Source of the DNA: Candidatus Latescibacterota bacterium
GTDB taxonomy: Bacteria; Latescibacterota; UBA2968; UBA8231
DNA: 64,000 nucleotides
Direction of reading: 5' to 3'
Assembly (NCBI GenBank): GCA_965221775.1
Contig: CBDCSU010000004.1
Coordinates: forward strand, 64,001-128,000
Shown here: positions 1 through 9,417 of the stretch, piece by piece
Layout of the letters: each line of letters begins with the position of its first letter
Numbering within the stretch: position 1 is the stretch's first letter
Notes under the pieces: generated by a model
Told to the model about the DNA's origin: nothing
The model's database searches: none
The model's input: the letters and a program-made list of their open reading frames with translations, nothing else
Made by a program: the position numbers and the translations under genes

Positions 1-928
1 CCACGGCGTAGTCGTCGACGGCGCCTTCCTCGCGCCCCCTCGGGGTCAGGCCCTCCAGGGACAGGTTGTCCCGGACCTCGCCCCAGTAGTCCCACACCCG
101 GTTCCAGTCGGGCGCGGCCACGGCCCGGGCCCCCGCCAGGTAAGCGGCCTGGGGGATGACCACCACCAGGGCCGCCCAGATCACCATGAGCGTCACCAGG
201 GCCGAAGCCGAGGTGCGGGCCCGGGCCGAGACGGCCATGGCCAGCAGCAGGAAGAAGGCGGCGTAGCAGAGGGTGCCCAGGAGGAACAGGGCCAGGGGGG
301 CCAGGAGCTGGAGGTTGAGCTGCACCCCGCCCTGCAGCGCCAGGACGACGAGGCTCAGCGCCGCGCTCACGAGGACCGCGGCCAGCAGCGCCGCGAGGTG
401 GGCCCCCAACTTGGCGGCCAGGATCCGGGCCCGGGAGATCGGGTGGATGAGCAGCAGGGCCAGGGTGCCCCGCTCGCGCTCGCCGGAGAGAGTGTCATAG
501 GCCAGGGCGATGGCCAGGAAGGAGACGGCGATGCGCACGATGAGGGCCCAGTCGACGATCTCGAAGCGGTCCATCCAGTGGTTGACGGCCACCACCCGGC
601 CGGTGCGGGCGATCCCGTCTCCGGAGGCGACGTCGAGGTAGACCGTGTCGGAGCTCCAGTCCTCCCCTCCCTCGACCATGAAACCGGTCTCCAGGGGCCG
701 CATGTGGATGCGGTACGAGGTGTCGAGCAGCTTGCCCAGGTCCGAGACCCCGTCGAAGCGGCGGGCGCTCTCGGCCTCGACGCGGCCGACCTCGTCCACC
801 AGGCGCTCCGCCTTCCAGCCGTAGACCAGGCCGTTGGCGGCGAAGAAGGCGACGAGCAGCACCAGGCTGAGCTGGAAGCGCAGCGACTTCAGGTGGTCTT
901 GGAGCTGATGGAGGAAGATCTCGAGCAT
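1..928 (-). CDS. ABC-2 type transporter permease, 3' end outside window
   Basis: Manual translation from ATG at 928: MLEIFLHQLQDHLKSLRFQLSLVLLVAFF... with motif YDTLSGERERGTLALLLIHPISRARILAAK; open to window edge; paralogous to the upstream gene. Confidence 0.85.
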   Translation of the reverse strand, partial: MLEIFLHQLQDHLKSLRFQLSLVLLVAFFAANGLVYGWKAERLVDEVGRVEAESARRFDGVSDLGKLLDTSYRIHMRPLETGFMVEGGEDWSSDTVYLDVASGDGIARTGRVVAVNHWMDRFEIVDWALIVRIAVSFLAIALAYDTLSGERERGTLALLLIHPISRARILAAKLGAHLAALLAAVLVSAALSLVVLALQGGVQLNLQLLAPLALFLLGTLCYAAFFLLLAMAVSARARTSASALVTLMVIWAALVVVIPQAAYLAGARAVAAPDWNRVWDYWGEVRDNLSLEGLTPRGREEGAVDDYAV

Positions 929-935
929 CGAAGCC

Positions 936-2495
936 TCAGCTCGGGTCGTAGCGGAGGAAGCGGAAGACGGCGAGCATCACCGCCGCCGCCGTGGTCAGCA
1001 CCATCACCAGCAGGCCCGGGGTCATGTGCAGCAGGGTCGCCGAGAGGGGCTCGCGCCAGCCCGGGTCGAAGGCCGGCAGGTCGGACAGGTCGAGGCGGCG
1101 GCCCTGGCGGGCGGCGACCACCTCCTGCTGCTTGACCCAGGCCATGCGCTGCTTCATGAAGGGGCTGTCGGCGGCCAGCTCCTCCGGCGCCAGGGCCTCC
1201 GGGTCGGGCAGCAGGGGCTCCTGCCCGGGCGGATCGTCGCTGAACCAGCGGCGGCTGGCGAAGGCGCCGCGCCCGCGCAGGAAGTCGACGAAGGTGGCGC
1301 GGTAGCGGTAGCCGGCCTCGCGCAGCCGGAACTTGTGGGCCAGGGTGGTGCGGGCCAGCTGCTTGGTGAGGACCTGGTAGTTGGTGAAGGGCGACAGGAT
1401 CGACCAGTCGTCGACCAGGGTCGCCTCGCGCGCCAGGGGCGCGTAGTTGGCCTGCTGGAGCTGGTTGATCCGGTGCGAGGCGTCGAGCTGGCCCTCCAGG
1501 TCGCGGGCGTTGCGGCGCTGGCGCCAGGCGTAGCCCCGCGGATGGCCGTAGCGGCTGCGGGCGCCGGTGGTGATGTCGCGCAGGTAGACCTCGGGCGGAG
1601 GCGGGTTCTTGCTCTCCCACTCGTCCATCTCGCGCCGGTGCTCGGTCCGCACCTGGCGGTTCTGGTTGAGGAAGTCCTGGAAGGTGTGCTCCTCCACGCC
1701 GTAGCGGCTCAGGGAGGGCAGCATGTTGCCGTAGCCCAGGTTGAGGGTCAGCCAGCCGAAGAGGCAGAGCATGAGGGAGGTGGCCGAGCCGCGCACGAAG
1801 GCGGAGACCGCCAGGCTCATGGCGAAGACCTGCACCAGGAAGAGGCAGCTGGTGCCGAAGAGGACGGCCAGCCGCACCCACTCCGCGCCGGAGAAGGCGA
1901 TGTCCGGGTTGAAGGAGAGGATGAGCAGCGAGAACAGGAAGGCCACGGCCATGGCCCCGCACAGGGAGATGGCTCCCCCCAGCAACTTGCCCCCCACCAC
2001 GGCGCCCCGGGAGACGGGGTTGGCCAGCATCAGCCGCAGGGTGCCCCGCTCACGGTCGCCGCAGATGGCGTCGAAGCCGAGGATGACGGCCATGAAGCTC
2101 AGGAGCAGCCGCACCACGGTGGCGAAGTCGATCTCGACGAACCGCTTCATGAGCCGGTTGTCGGCGCTGCCGAGGCGGCCCATGCTGGCGCCGATCCAGT
2201 TCACCTGGATGCTCAGGCGCTGGCCGGCGCCCTTGTCGACGCCACGGCTGAAGATCGACAGCGGCTCGGGCGGGCCGACGACGTGGGGCCGGACCTCGGC
2301 GTAGATCGTCGCCTCCTCGAGCCCCTGGTCGACCCGCCGCACCTCCTCCTCGTAGTCCTGCACCCGCTGCGAGAAGTCGAGGCTGCCCGCCAGGGCCGCC
2401 AGCCCGCAGAGCAGCACCGCGAAGACCAGGATCAGACCCAGACGGGCGGTGAGCAGGTTGGTGAGCAGCTCTTTGCGGGTCAGGGCCAGGAGCAT
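936..2495 (-). CDS. ABC-2 type transporter permease with large extracytoplasmic loops
   Basis: Motif FDAICGDRERGTLRLMLANPVSRGAVVGGKLLG and several TM segments; start set at MLLALTRKELL (ATG 2495). Confidence 0.85.
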   Translation of the reverse strand: MLLALTRKELLTNLLTARLGLILVFAVLLCGLAALAGSLDFSQRVQDYEEEVRRVDQGLEEATIYAEVRPHVVGPPEPLSIFSRGVDKGAGQRLSIQVNWIGASMGRLGSADNRLMKRFVEIDFATVVRLLLSFMAVILGFDAICGDRERGTLRLMLANPVSRGAVVGGKLLGGAISLCGAMAVAFLFSLLILSFNPDIAFSGAEWVRLAVLFGTSCLFLVQVFAMSLAVSAFVRGSATSLMLCLFGWLTLNLGYGNMLPSLSRYGVEEHTFQDFLNQNRQVRTEHRREMDEWESKNPPPPEVYLRDITTGARSRYGHPRGYAWRQRRNARDLEGQLDASHRINQLQQANYAPLAREATLVDDWSILSPFTNYQVLTKQLARTTLAHKFRLREAGYRYRATFVDFLRGRGAFASRRWFSDDPPGQEPLLPDPEALAPEELAADSPFMKQRMAWVKQQEVVAARQGRRLDLSDLPAFDPGWREPLSATLLHMTPGLLVMVLTTAAAVMLAVFRFLRYDPS

Positions 2496-2649
2496 GATGT
2501 CAGGATCGAGAGGAAGGGGAACAGTGTCAACAGAAGTGCGCGGGCCCGGCGGCGGCACCCGGACGCGGGGCCGCCATCGACGTTCCGCTTCGCCCCGGAG
2601 GACCGGTCCAGCGCGCGATGTGTGCAGTCCCGCGGCCGCTCACACCATC

Positions 2650-2686
2650 TTGACACTGTTCAACCGGGCTCGAAATCTTCGAGCCC
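2650..2686 (+). promoter_or_regulatory. Putative sigma70 promoter with palindromic operator over the -10 region
   Basis: TTGACA at 2650-2655; perfect inverted repeat GGGCTCGAA-atc-TTCGAGCCC at 2666-2686 in the divergent intergenic region. Confidence 0.5.
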
Positions 2687-2840
2687 ATGCCCGACTGGAC
2701 CGGATACTCCAACATCGTCTGCATCTGGGCCTTCGCCGCTCTCGGGGCCATGGGGACCCGGTACGGTGATGGCGGCCGGGAGGGTGCCCGCTACTGGTGG
2801 GAAGAGGAGTCCACGGGCCCATCACTCTGAGGAGATCACC

Positions 2841-3848
2841 ATGCTGACCGTCGGACCCGGTCCCGATCCCTACTTCGCCTACAAGATCCATCATGTCGAC
2901 CGGGCGCGGACCGCCTGGGTCCTCTCCGAGGAGTTCGGCCTCTACGAGGCGCTGCGCGACGGCCCGGCCACGATCGCGGAGGTCGGCCGGCGGACCGGCC
3001 TTCAGGAGCGCCCCGCGGCGGTGCTCCTGGCAGCCAATGCCAGCCTCGGCATTCTCGGAACGGAGGACGACCGGTACTACATTTTCGAGATCATGCGCGA
3101 AATGGTCTTGGAGGGAGGCCGCGCCCGAACGGTGCCCAGGGCCCCGGACCCGGAGACGGACTGGTGGTACCGGATCATGAAGCAGGCCTTGCGCACCAAC
3201 GCCCCGGTGCCGGAGGCCCTGCCCGACTGGGTGACCAATCCCAAGGGCGATGAAGACAGCACCGCCTTTGCCCCGGACCGCCACGGCTGGCGAGTGCTGT
3301 GGGGCCACGCCCTGGCCGAGGCCTTCGACTTTCGCCCCTTCCACACCGTGGCGGATCTGGGCGCCGCCACCGGCGGGGTGCTCGTCGGTCTGACCGAGCG
3401 CTGCCCGCACCTGCAGGGCATCGTCGTCGACCTGCCCTTCAGCCGCAAGACGGCCGAAGCCGCCATCCGCCAGAGCGAGGCCCGGGAGCGGGTCCGCTTT
3501 CACGCCGCCGACTTCTTCCGCGATCCCTTCCCCGAGGGGATCGACGTGTTCTTCATGTCCCACGTGATCCACGACTGGGACGCCGAGCACTGCATCCGGC
3601 TGCTGCGCCGGTGTCACGAGGCGCTGCCCGCCGGCTCGCCGGTGCTGGTGCAGGAGTACCTGCTCAACGACGACAAGAGCGCCGGCCTGATCGCGGTCTT
3701 TCAGTGGTTCGGTCTGATGTTCGGCACCATCGGCGACCAGCGCACGGGGCCCGAGATCGAGGCGCTGATGGCGGAGGCCGGCTTCGGCGAGACCGAGTGC
3801 CGCCGCCTCGACCACGAGCAGGGGATCGTCATCGGCTGGAAGCGGTAG
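2841..3848 (+). CDS. SAM-dependent O-methyltransferase (Methyltransf_2, dimerisation domain)
   Basis: RBS GAGGAG then ATG 2841; motifs VADLGAATG, ADFFRDPFP, SHVIHDW; N-terminal winged-helix dimerisation segment. Confidence 0.9.
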   Translation: MLTVGPGPDPYFAYKIHHVDRARTAWVLSEEFGLYEALRDGPATIAEVGRRTGLQERPAAVLLAANASLGILGTEDDRYYIFEIMREMVLEGGRARTVPRAPDPETDWWYRIMKQALRTNAPVPEALPDWVTNPKGDEDSTAFAPDRHGWRVLWGHALAEAFDFRPFHTVADLGAATGGVLVGLTERCPHLQGIVVDLPFSRKTAEAAIRQSEARERVRFHAADFFRDPFPEGIDVFFMSHVIHDWDAEHCIRLLRRCHEALPAGSPVLVQEYLLNDDKSAGLIAVFQWFGLMFGTIGDQRTGPEIEALMAEAGFGETECRRLDHEQGIVIGWKR

Positions 3849-3855
3849 CGAACTC

Positions 3856-4860
3856 GTGATACAGATCGAGGGGCTCGAGAAGCGGTTCGCCCGGAACGTG
3901 GGGCATCCCGCTCTGTGGCGCCGGATTCTCGGGCGCTATCGGACCGTGCCGGTCGTCGCCATCGACGGCCTCGACCTGCACGTGGAGCAGGGCCGGTTCT
4001 TCAGCCTCCTGGGACCCAACGGCGCGGGCAAGACCAGCACGGTCAGGGTCCTGTGCACGCTGTTGCTTCCGGACGCGGGCAGCTGCCGTGTCGCCGGCTA
4101 CGACGTGGCCACCCAGCCGCGCGAGGTGCGCCGCAACATCGGCGTGTCGATCCGCGGGGAGCGCAGCGTCTACTGGAAGATCACCGGCCGCCAGAACCTG
4201 CGCTACTTCGCCGGCCTCTACGGGATGCGCGGCGAGGCGGTGCGGCGCCGGATCGGCGAGGTGACGGAGCTGGTGGGCCTGACCGGGCGCATCGACGACT
4301 ACGTGGAGCGCTACTCCATGGGCATGAAGCAGCGGCTGGCCATCGCCGTCTCGCTGCTGCACCGGCCGCCGGTGCTGCTCCTCGACGAGCCGACGATCGG
4401 CCTTGATCCCAACGGGGCCAGGGCCCTCCGGAGCCTGCTGAGAGACCTCTGCAAGGAGGAGGGCGTGACCATCTTCTACACGACCCACTACCTCCACGAG
4501 GCGGAGGAACTGTCCGATCGCCTGGCGATCATCCACGAGGGCCGCAAGGTCCTCGAAGGATCGCCCGACGAGGTGCGCAGCGCCCTTGGCGACAACCGCA
4601 TCGTCGAGGTGCAACTGGCACCCGGCGCCGAGACGTCGGTGGACTCACTCCGGAACCACGCCATGGTGCAGAGGGTGATCTCGGAGAACCGCCAGCCGAC
4701 GGTGATCACGGTGCGCCTGGAGATGAAGGAGGCGATCGAGTCGGTCGTGGAGATCGCCGCCGCCGAGGGATTCGCCAACGGGCGGGTCCTGGGCATCAGC
4801 CTCGTGCGGCCAACCCTCGAAGACGTCTTCGCCTCGGTGACCGGGGAGACCCGCCGGTGA
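3856..4860 (+). CDS. ABC exporter ATP-binding subunit (DrrA-like)
   Basis: Walker A GPNGAGKT, signature YSMGMKQR, Walker B LLLDEPT, C-terminal PTLEDVF. Confidence 0.95.
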   Translation: MIQIEGLEKRFARNVGHPALWRRILGRYRTVPVVAIDGLDLHVEQGRFFSLLGPNGAGKTSTVRVLCTLLLPDAGSCRVAGYDVATQPREVRRNIGVSIRGERSVYWKITGRQNLRYFAGLYGMRGEAVRRRIGEVTELVGLTGRIDDYVERYSMGMKQRLAIAVSLLHRPPVLLLDEPTIGLDPNGARALRSLLRDLCKEEGVTIFYTTHYLHEAEELSDRLAIIHEGRKVLEGSPDEVRSALGDNRIVEVQLAPGAETSVDSLRNHAMVQRVISENRQPTVITVRLEMKEAIESVVEIAAAEGFANGRVLGISLVRPTLEDVFASVTGETRR

Positions 4861-5720
4861 GCGCGGATCGCCACGCCCTGCCCGGCCACGTGTCGTGGTA
4901 TCTCCATGACGCGGCCTCAACCGCGCAGCGCATGGTGCTGCGGATGCGGCGCTATCCCAGCTGGCTCCTCAATCTTGGACTCGGTCCGATACTGATGATC
5001 CTGCCCTTCGTCTTTCTCGGGGACACCCTCGTGGGCAAGGGCCGGCCGCTGACGGGGTCCGCCTTCGGCGACTACGACTACGGCGGTTACGTCGGTTACC
5101 TGGCCGTGCCCCTGATCGCCGTGGCCCTGTCGAACACGGTGTTCTCGTGGCTCGGCAATCTCCTGAGGATGGAGCGCCGCTCAGGTACCCTCGAGCGGGT
5201 GCTCGTGTCGGCCCAGTTCCCGTCCGCTCTCTTCCTGGGCACCGCCCTCGGCCACCTGTTCTACATGGGACTGTTCGTGGCCGCCACGGTCCTGCTGCTG
5301 CAGATCTGGATCCCCCTCGACTTCAACATCGACTATCCCGCGGCGGCGGCGGCGATCTTCCTGCATCTGGCGGTCACCTACGGACTCGCCTTCGCCCTGT
5401 CGAGCGCCCTGCTGCGGATCGCCGACAGCTGGGCGGTGCAGCTGGTGATTTCCAAGGGCGTCCTGGCCCTGCTCTCCGGCGCCACCTTCCCCATCGCGAT
5501 CTATCCCGAGTGGCTGCAGACGATCGCCCGCCTCGTGCCCTTCACCTGGGCCTTTGATCTGGAGCGCCGGTCCCTGCTGCGGGCGGAGCCCCTCGCTGAG
5601 ATGGCGCCGGACCTGGCGGTGCTGGCCGGCATGACCGTGCTCTGCTGGATCGTCGGTTTCGTCTCTCTCGGCCGGGAACTGAACGCCGCACGCCGGACCG
5701 GCGTCCTGGGGAGTTTCTGA
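4857..5720 (+). CDS. ABC-2 exporter permease
   Basis: ERRSGTLERVL, LSGATFPIAIYPEWLQTIARLVPFTW; GTGA overlap with the ATPase. Confidence 0.9.
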   Translation: MSADRHALPGHVSWYLHDAASTAQRMVLRMRRYPSWLLNLGLGPILMILPFVFLGDTLVGKGRPLTGSAFGDYDYGGYVGYLAVPLIAVALSNTVFSWLGNLLRMERRSGTLERVLVSAQFPSALFLGTALGHLFYMGLFVAATVLLLQIWIPLDFNIDYPAAAAAIFLHLAVTYGLAFALSSALLRIADSWAVQLVISKGVLALLSGATFPIAIYPEWLQTIARLVPFTWAFDLERRSLLRAEPLAEMAPDLAVLAGMTVLCWIVGFVSLGRELNAARRTGVLGSF

Positions 5721-5722
5721 GG

Positions 5723-6601
5723 ATGCCGGCGGCCGTCCTCTCTCCCGGCGGCGCGAGGCAGGAGCTTCGCGCTCTCTGCCTGGCGACGCTGCACCAGCTC
5801 CTCGTCGAGAGCCGCTACCGCGTCAAGTTCGGCATCGATCTGCTCGGCCATCTCCTCGCGACGCTGCCCATCCTGCTCACGGCCTGGGCCTTCTCCGACG
5901 GCCGCGCTTCCGACCGGCTGGCGGAGCTCACGGGCCTGCCGGACCAGTTCACCTTCATGATGCTCGGCCTCATCGCCTTCACGGCCCTGGGCATCGGCAA
6001 CATGGTCCTCCTCGAGACCCACGTCGCCGGCGGTCTGGCCACGGAGATGACGACCGGCACGCTGGAGCGGCTGTTCACGATGCCCGTCCACCGCCTCAGC
6101 CTGGTCCTCGGGATCGGCCTCTACTACCTCGTCCTGTTCTGCTACCAGTCCCTCACATTGTTCGCCGGGGCGGCCCTGCTCGTCGGGTTCGAGCCCGCGG
6201 TCACGGCCGGCGGTCTGCTCCAGGCGGCCCTGGCCCTGTTCATGCTGCTGGCGCTGAACCTGTTCCTGGGGATCGCGGCGGCCGGCCTCGTCATGGCCTT
6301 CAAGGACCACACCGTCTCCGTCCTGCTCTTTCCCCGCCCCATGGCCATGCTGAGCGGCGCCTACTTCCTTGTCGAGCTGATCCCCAATCCCTTCCGGTGG
6401 CTGGCTTGGGCGAACCCCGTCGCCTGGGCCATCGATCTCTTTCGCGGCGCCCTCACCGGGACGACGCTCCTGGCCCCTTCGGTGGAAGCGGGAATGGCCA
6501 TCGTCGCCGGCATGGTGGCGGGCGTCGGCCTCGTTTCCGTTCTCCTCTTCCGCCGCATGATGGTCCGTCTCGAACGCACGGGTTCGCTGGCCCTGTTCTG
6601 A
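5723..6601 (+). CDS. ABC-2 exporter permease (second)
   Basis: EMTTGTLERLF, LSGAYFLVELIPNPFRWLAWANPVAW; about six TM segments. Confidence 0.9.
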   Translation: MPAAVLSPGGARQELRALCLATLHQLLVESRYRVKFGIDLLGHLLATLPILLTAWAFSDGRASDRLAELTGLPDQFTFMMLGLIAFTALGIGNMVLLETHVAGGLATEMTTGTLERLFTMPVHRLSLVLGIGLYYLVLFCYQSLTLFAGAALLVGFEPAVTAGGLLQAALALFMLLALNLFLGIAAAGLVMAFKDHTVSVLLFPRPMAMLSGAYFLVELIPNPFRWLAWANPVAWAIDLFRGALTGTTLLAPSVEAGMAIVAGMVAGVGLVSVLLFRRMMVRLERTGSLALF

Positions 6602-6614
6602 TCGTCGGGGAGGG

Positions 6615-7019
6615 ATGGCACTCCATCACCTGAGGCTCAACGTCTCCGACCTCTCCCGGTCGAGGGCCTTCTACGCGCCCATGCTGCAGTGGCTTGGATT
6701 TCACGAACTCGACCCCCACTTGGGCACCGAGGGCCGGGTCGACCGCCACAGATTCCAGAAGGGCGAGTTTGTCTTCCTGTTGAGCGAGGCGGATCCGGGG
6801 TTGGAGCACAACCGGGGTTCGGTGGGGCTCCACCATCTGGCGTTCTCGGTGCCCAGTCGCGGCCATGTGGACGCCTTCTACCAGGAGGTACTCCTCGATC
6901 TGCCCGGCGTGGTGGTCGAGGACCCACCCGTGGACTGTCCCGAGTACAGGGAAGGCTACTACGCCACGTACTTTCTCGATCCGGACGGGATCAAGCTGGA
7001 GGTCACCTTCACGCCATGA
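6615..7019 (+). CDS. VOC/glyoxalase family protein
   Basis: LHHLRLNVSDL, GLHHLAF, YYATYFLDPDGIKLE. Confidence 0.9.
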   Translation: MALHHLRLNVSDLSRSRAFYAPMLQWLGFHELDPHLGTEGRVDRHRFQKGEFVFLLSEADPGLEHNRGSVGLHHLAFSVPSRGHVDAFYQEVLLDLPGVVVEDPPVDCPEYREGYYATYFLDPDGIKLEVTFTP

Positions 7020-7402
7020 TCAAGCGCTATCCCGGACATGCAGTGGGGAGAAGCGAGTCCGTCGAGCACAATGGAATTGTGTACACCGCCGTCATCGCAT
7101 CCGACCTGTCGCTGGACCTGAAGGGTCAGACCGAGCAGGCCCTGGCCCAGCTGGACCGGAACCTCGCCGAGGCCGGGACCGACAGAAGCCGCTTGCTCTC
7201 CGTGACGGTCTACCTGACCGACATCTCCCGGAAGCCGATTCTGAACCAGGTGTGGGATGCCTGGATCGGCGAGGAAGACTGGCCCCAACGAGCCTGCGTG
7301 GAGGTGAAGCTCGAAGGGGCTACCGAGGTCGAGATCGTCGCCGTGGCGGCGAAACAGGATTCCTCCGCTCATTCGGCAACTCCGATCCACGCGGAACCGT
7401 AG
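7016..7402 (+). CDS. RidA/YjgF (Rid2/YoaB-like) family protein
   Basis: ATGA overlap with the VOC gene; QTEQALAQLD, VTVYLTD, NQVWDAW, PQRACV, VEI. Confidence 0.85.
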   Translation: MIKRYPGHAVGRSESVEHNGIVYTAVIASDLSLDLKGQTEQALAQLDRNLAEAGTDRSRLLSVTVYLTDISRKPILNQVWDAWIGEEDWPQRACVEVKLEGATEVEIVAVAAKQDSSAHSATPIHAEP

Positions 7403-8475
7403 TCGTTCCCGGGGTCGCGGTACACGCTGTGAACGTGATCCGGGGGGTCCTCGCCGTTCTGAGGCGAGTACTCGAGCACCAGCGACGGACCGGTGACGCG
7501 GAAGTACGCGGCGCCCAGCACACCCAGCGGTCCCCACCAACCGAAAAACGTGTCGTCGATCTCCGCCGCCACGGTCTCCATCTTCACGGCAAAGTCGTCA
7601 TCGTTCATGAACCCCAGCCGCGCGGTGATCACGCCGAGGAGCAGCTCCTTCTGCGCCTCCGTCAGGTCACGGCCCTTGATGCCTTCCCGGTCGACGACTC
7701 TCCCATACTCCCCGGGCCCGAGCAACAAACCGATGGGCTGATCTCCGCGTATGGCCAGTCTTCTCTGATCCTCCGTGAGGCTCTCCATGAAGGCCTGCGC
7801 CGCGGCGGCTTCCTTGTGCGTGAGGAAGATCTCCTCCCCCTCGTGGATCACGCGGAGTGGCTGGCCGCCGGTGAGCATCGGCGAAAAGGAGAGGTCCGGG
7901 CCGAAGACGGTGGCGTTGATGGCGAGGTGGTGACCGCCGAACTGAAACATCCAGGGCTCGGTCGTGGAAGGCGCACCAAGAAAAGCGAAGCAGTAGAACT
8001 GGCTGCCGTATTTCATGAGGCGCAACCAGTCACCTGGGACCAGCGTTTCTTCCGCAGCCAGTTGATGGACGATGTTCCGGACGCCCTCTTCGCTCAGAAG
8101 CTCGGCGAGGAGGTTGTCCAGATTCGCCCGCTGCGAATCCGAGAGTGCACCGAGCCTCAGGCCGCCTCGCGGAACCATGCTCTCGGGGAAGTTGGACCAG
8201 TTCGAACGCTGTGCGTTGTCGGTAAACGCATACGTTGCCGCTTGTCTCTGGTTGTCGTTGAGCGAGCCAAGGAGGTGAGTTGCAGCCGCCACGATAGCCG
8301 CGGTCTTCTCATCCGCGGGGGGCACTCGGTACGAGCGACGGAGAGTGATCTCTACCGGCGAGGAGTCCACTCCAAAGAACATGCGCGCCCCGGTGTGGGG
8401 ATTCAGAGCCAGGAAGAGAGCGAATGCGGTGAAGACGGCGGCCACCCCGAGGATGCAGACAAGGACGCGTTTCAT
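7369..8475 (-). CDS. DUF3500 family protein with N-terminal membrane anchor or signal peptide
   Basis: RSNWSNFP, WMFQFGGHHLAIN, DHVHSVYRDPGNDYG. Confidence 0.85.
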   Translation of the reverse strand: MKRVLVCILGVAAVFTAFALFLALNPHTGARMFFGVDSSPVEITLRRSYRVPPADEKTAAIVAAATHLLGSLNDNQRQAATYAFTDNAQRSNWSNFPESMVPRGGLRLGALSDSQRANLDNLLAELLSEEGVRNIVHQLAAEETLVPGDWLRLMKYGSQFYCFAFLGAPSTTEPWMFQFGGHHLAINATVFGPDLSFSPMLTGGQPLRVIHEGEEIFLTHKEAAAAQAFMESLTEDQRRLAIRGDQPIGLLLGPGEYGRVVDREGIKGRDLTEAQKELLLGVITARLGFMNDDDFAVKMETVAAEIDDTFFGWWGPLGVLGAAYFRVTGPSLVLEYSPQNGEDPPDHVHSVYRDPGNDYGSAWIGVAE

Positions 8476-8498
8476 GGTATTCCGATCAGACATGGGGA

Positions 8499-9206
8499 CT
8501 ATCCCTGGTCGATGGAGTGCTCGCCGGATGGCCGTACCCTGGCCGCCGCGGGAGGCCCGAGGTTCCATCCCGGCTTGTCAGGAACCCATTGGAAGCCGAG
8601 GAGTGAAGCCCCCGAGTCCCGGGGCTCCACTGGTGTGAGGGTGCAGGCGATGCGGGCATAGTAGAAGGCGCTCAGCCCCTCGAACCCGGAGTCGGTGCCG
8701 ACGATCAGCCACAGCCGCCCTTTGCCGTCGGCGGTGACCTTCACCGGACTGGCGGAGTTGTCGAGGGTTTTGATGCGGTACTCCTCGCCGGGAGAGCCGC
8801 CGATGCCGACGAGGCCGGCCAGGACGTTGGTGGCCAGATCCAGGGTGAGAACGGCGGCGTACTCCGCGTCGGGCTCGAGGCCGTCGACCTGCCTCTTGTA
8901 GAACGGGAACAGGTCGTCGCTGCGGTTGTGTCCCTGCATGTAGAGGCCGTTGCCGTCGACCCCGTCCGGCAGGGGGCGATGCCGGGAGTCGAGCTCGTAG
9001 ATCGGCGGGTCGAAGTCCACCGGCAGGTCGGCGAAGCCGGCGGTCCAGCCTTCGGCGCCGTCTTCAAAGGCAAAGCTGAACTCGGCCTCGACGGCCTCCT
9101 GCTCGTCTGCCTCCTGGGTGGAGGCGCAGCAGACGGTCACGGCACAGGCTAGGAGCAGGGCCGCCGGGATGCGGTTCGGGCGCCGGGTCGGTCTCTTGCA
9201 GGTCAC
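8499..9206 (-). pseudogene. Exported or lipoprotein-like hypothetical protein, probably internally deleted with C-terminal read-through
   Basis: Signal-like LLLACAVTVCC; conserved-looking blocks GWTAGFADLP, GHNRSDDLF, GIGGSPGE, WLIVGTDSGFEG; abrupt GSPGE-EYRIKTL junction and atypical tail. Confidence 0.45.
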
Positions 9207-9417
9207 GGGTCTTCCTCCATCGGGCTGTCCACGTGGTGCACGTAAGATACCCCGCCGTTGCCCATGCGACCGTGGATCAGTGCAGGCTTAGAGCGTTTCG
9301 TGGTGCCGGATCAACGGGGCAGCGCCCAGTCCCGTCAGCTTGACCCGGTGCCGAAGCCCCTTTCATCTTGACGGGCGCCCCATCTCCCGCCCTTCCCCCT
9401 CCGGCAAAGGTCCATCG

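Noticed and set aside
1026-2840. N-terminal 600 aa of the 940-aa ORF, suggesting a giant methyltransferase fusion
   Set aside because: Antisense to the ABC permease; the real start with RBS is at 2841.
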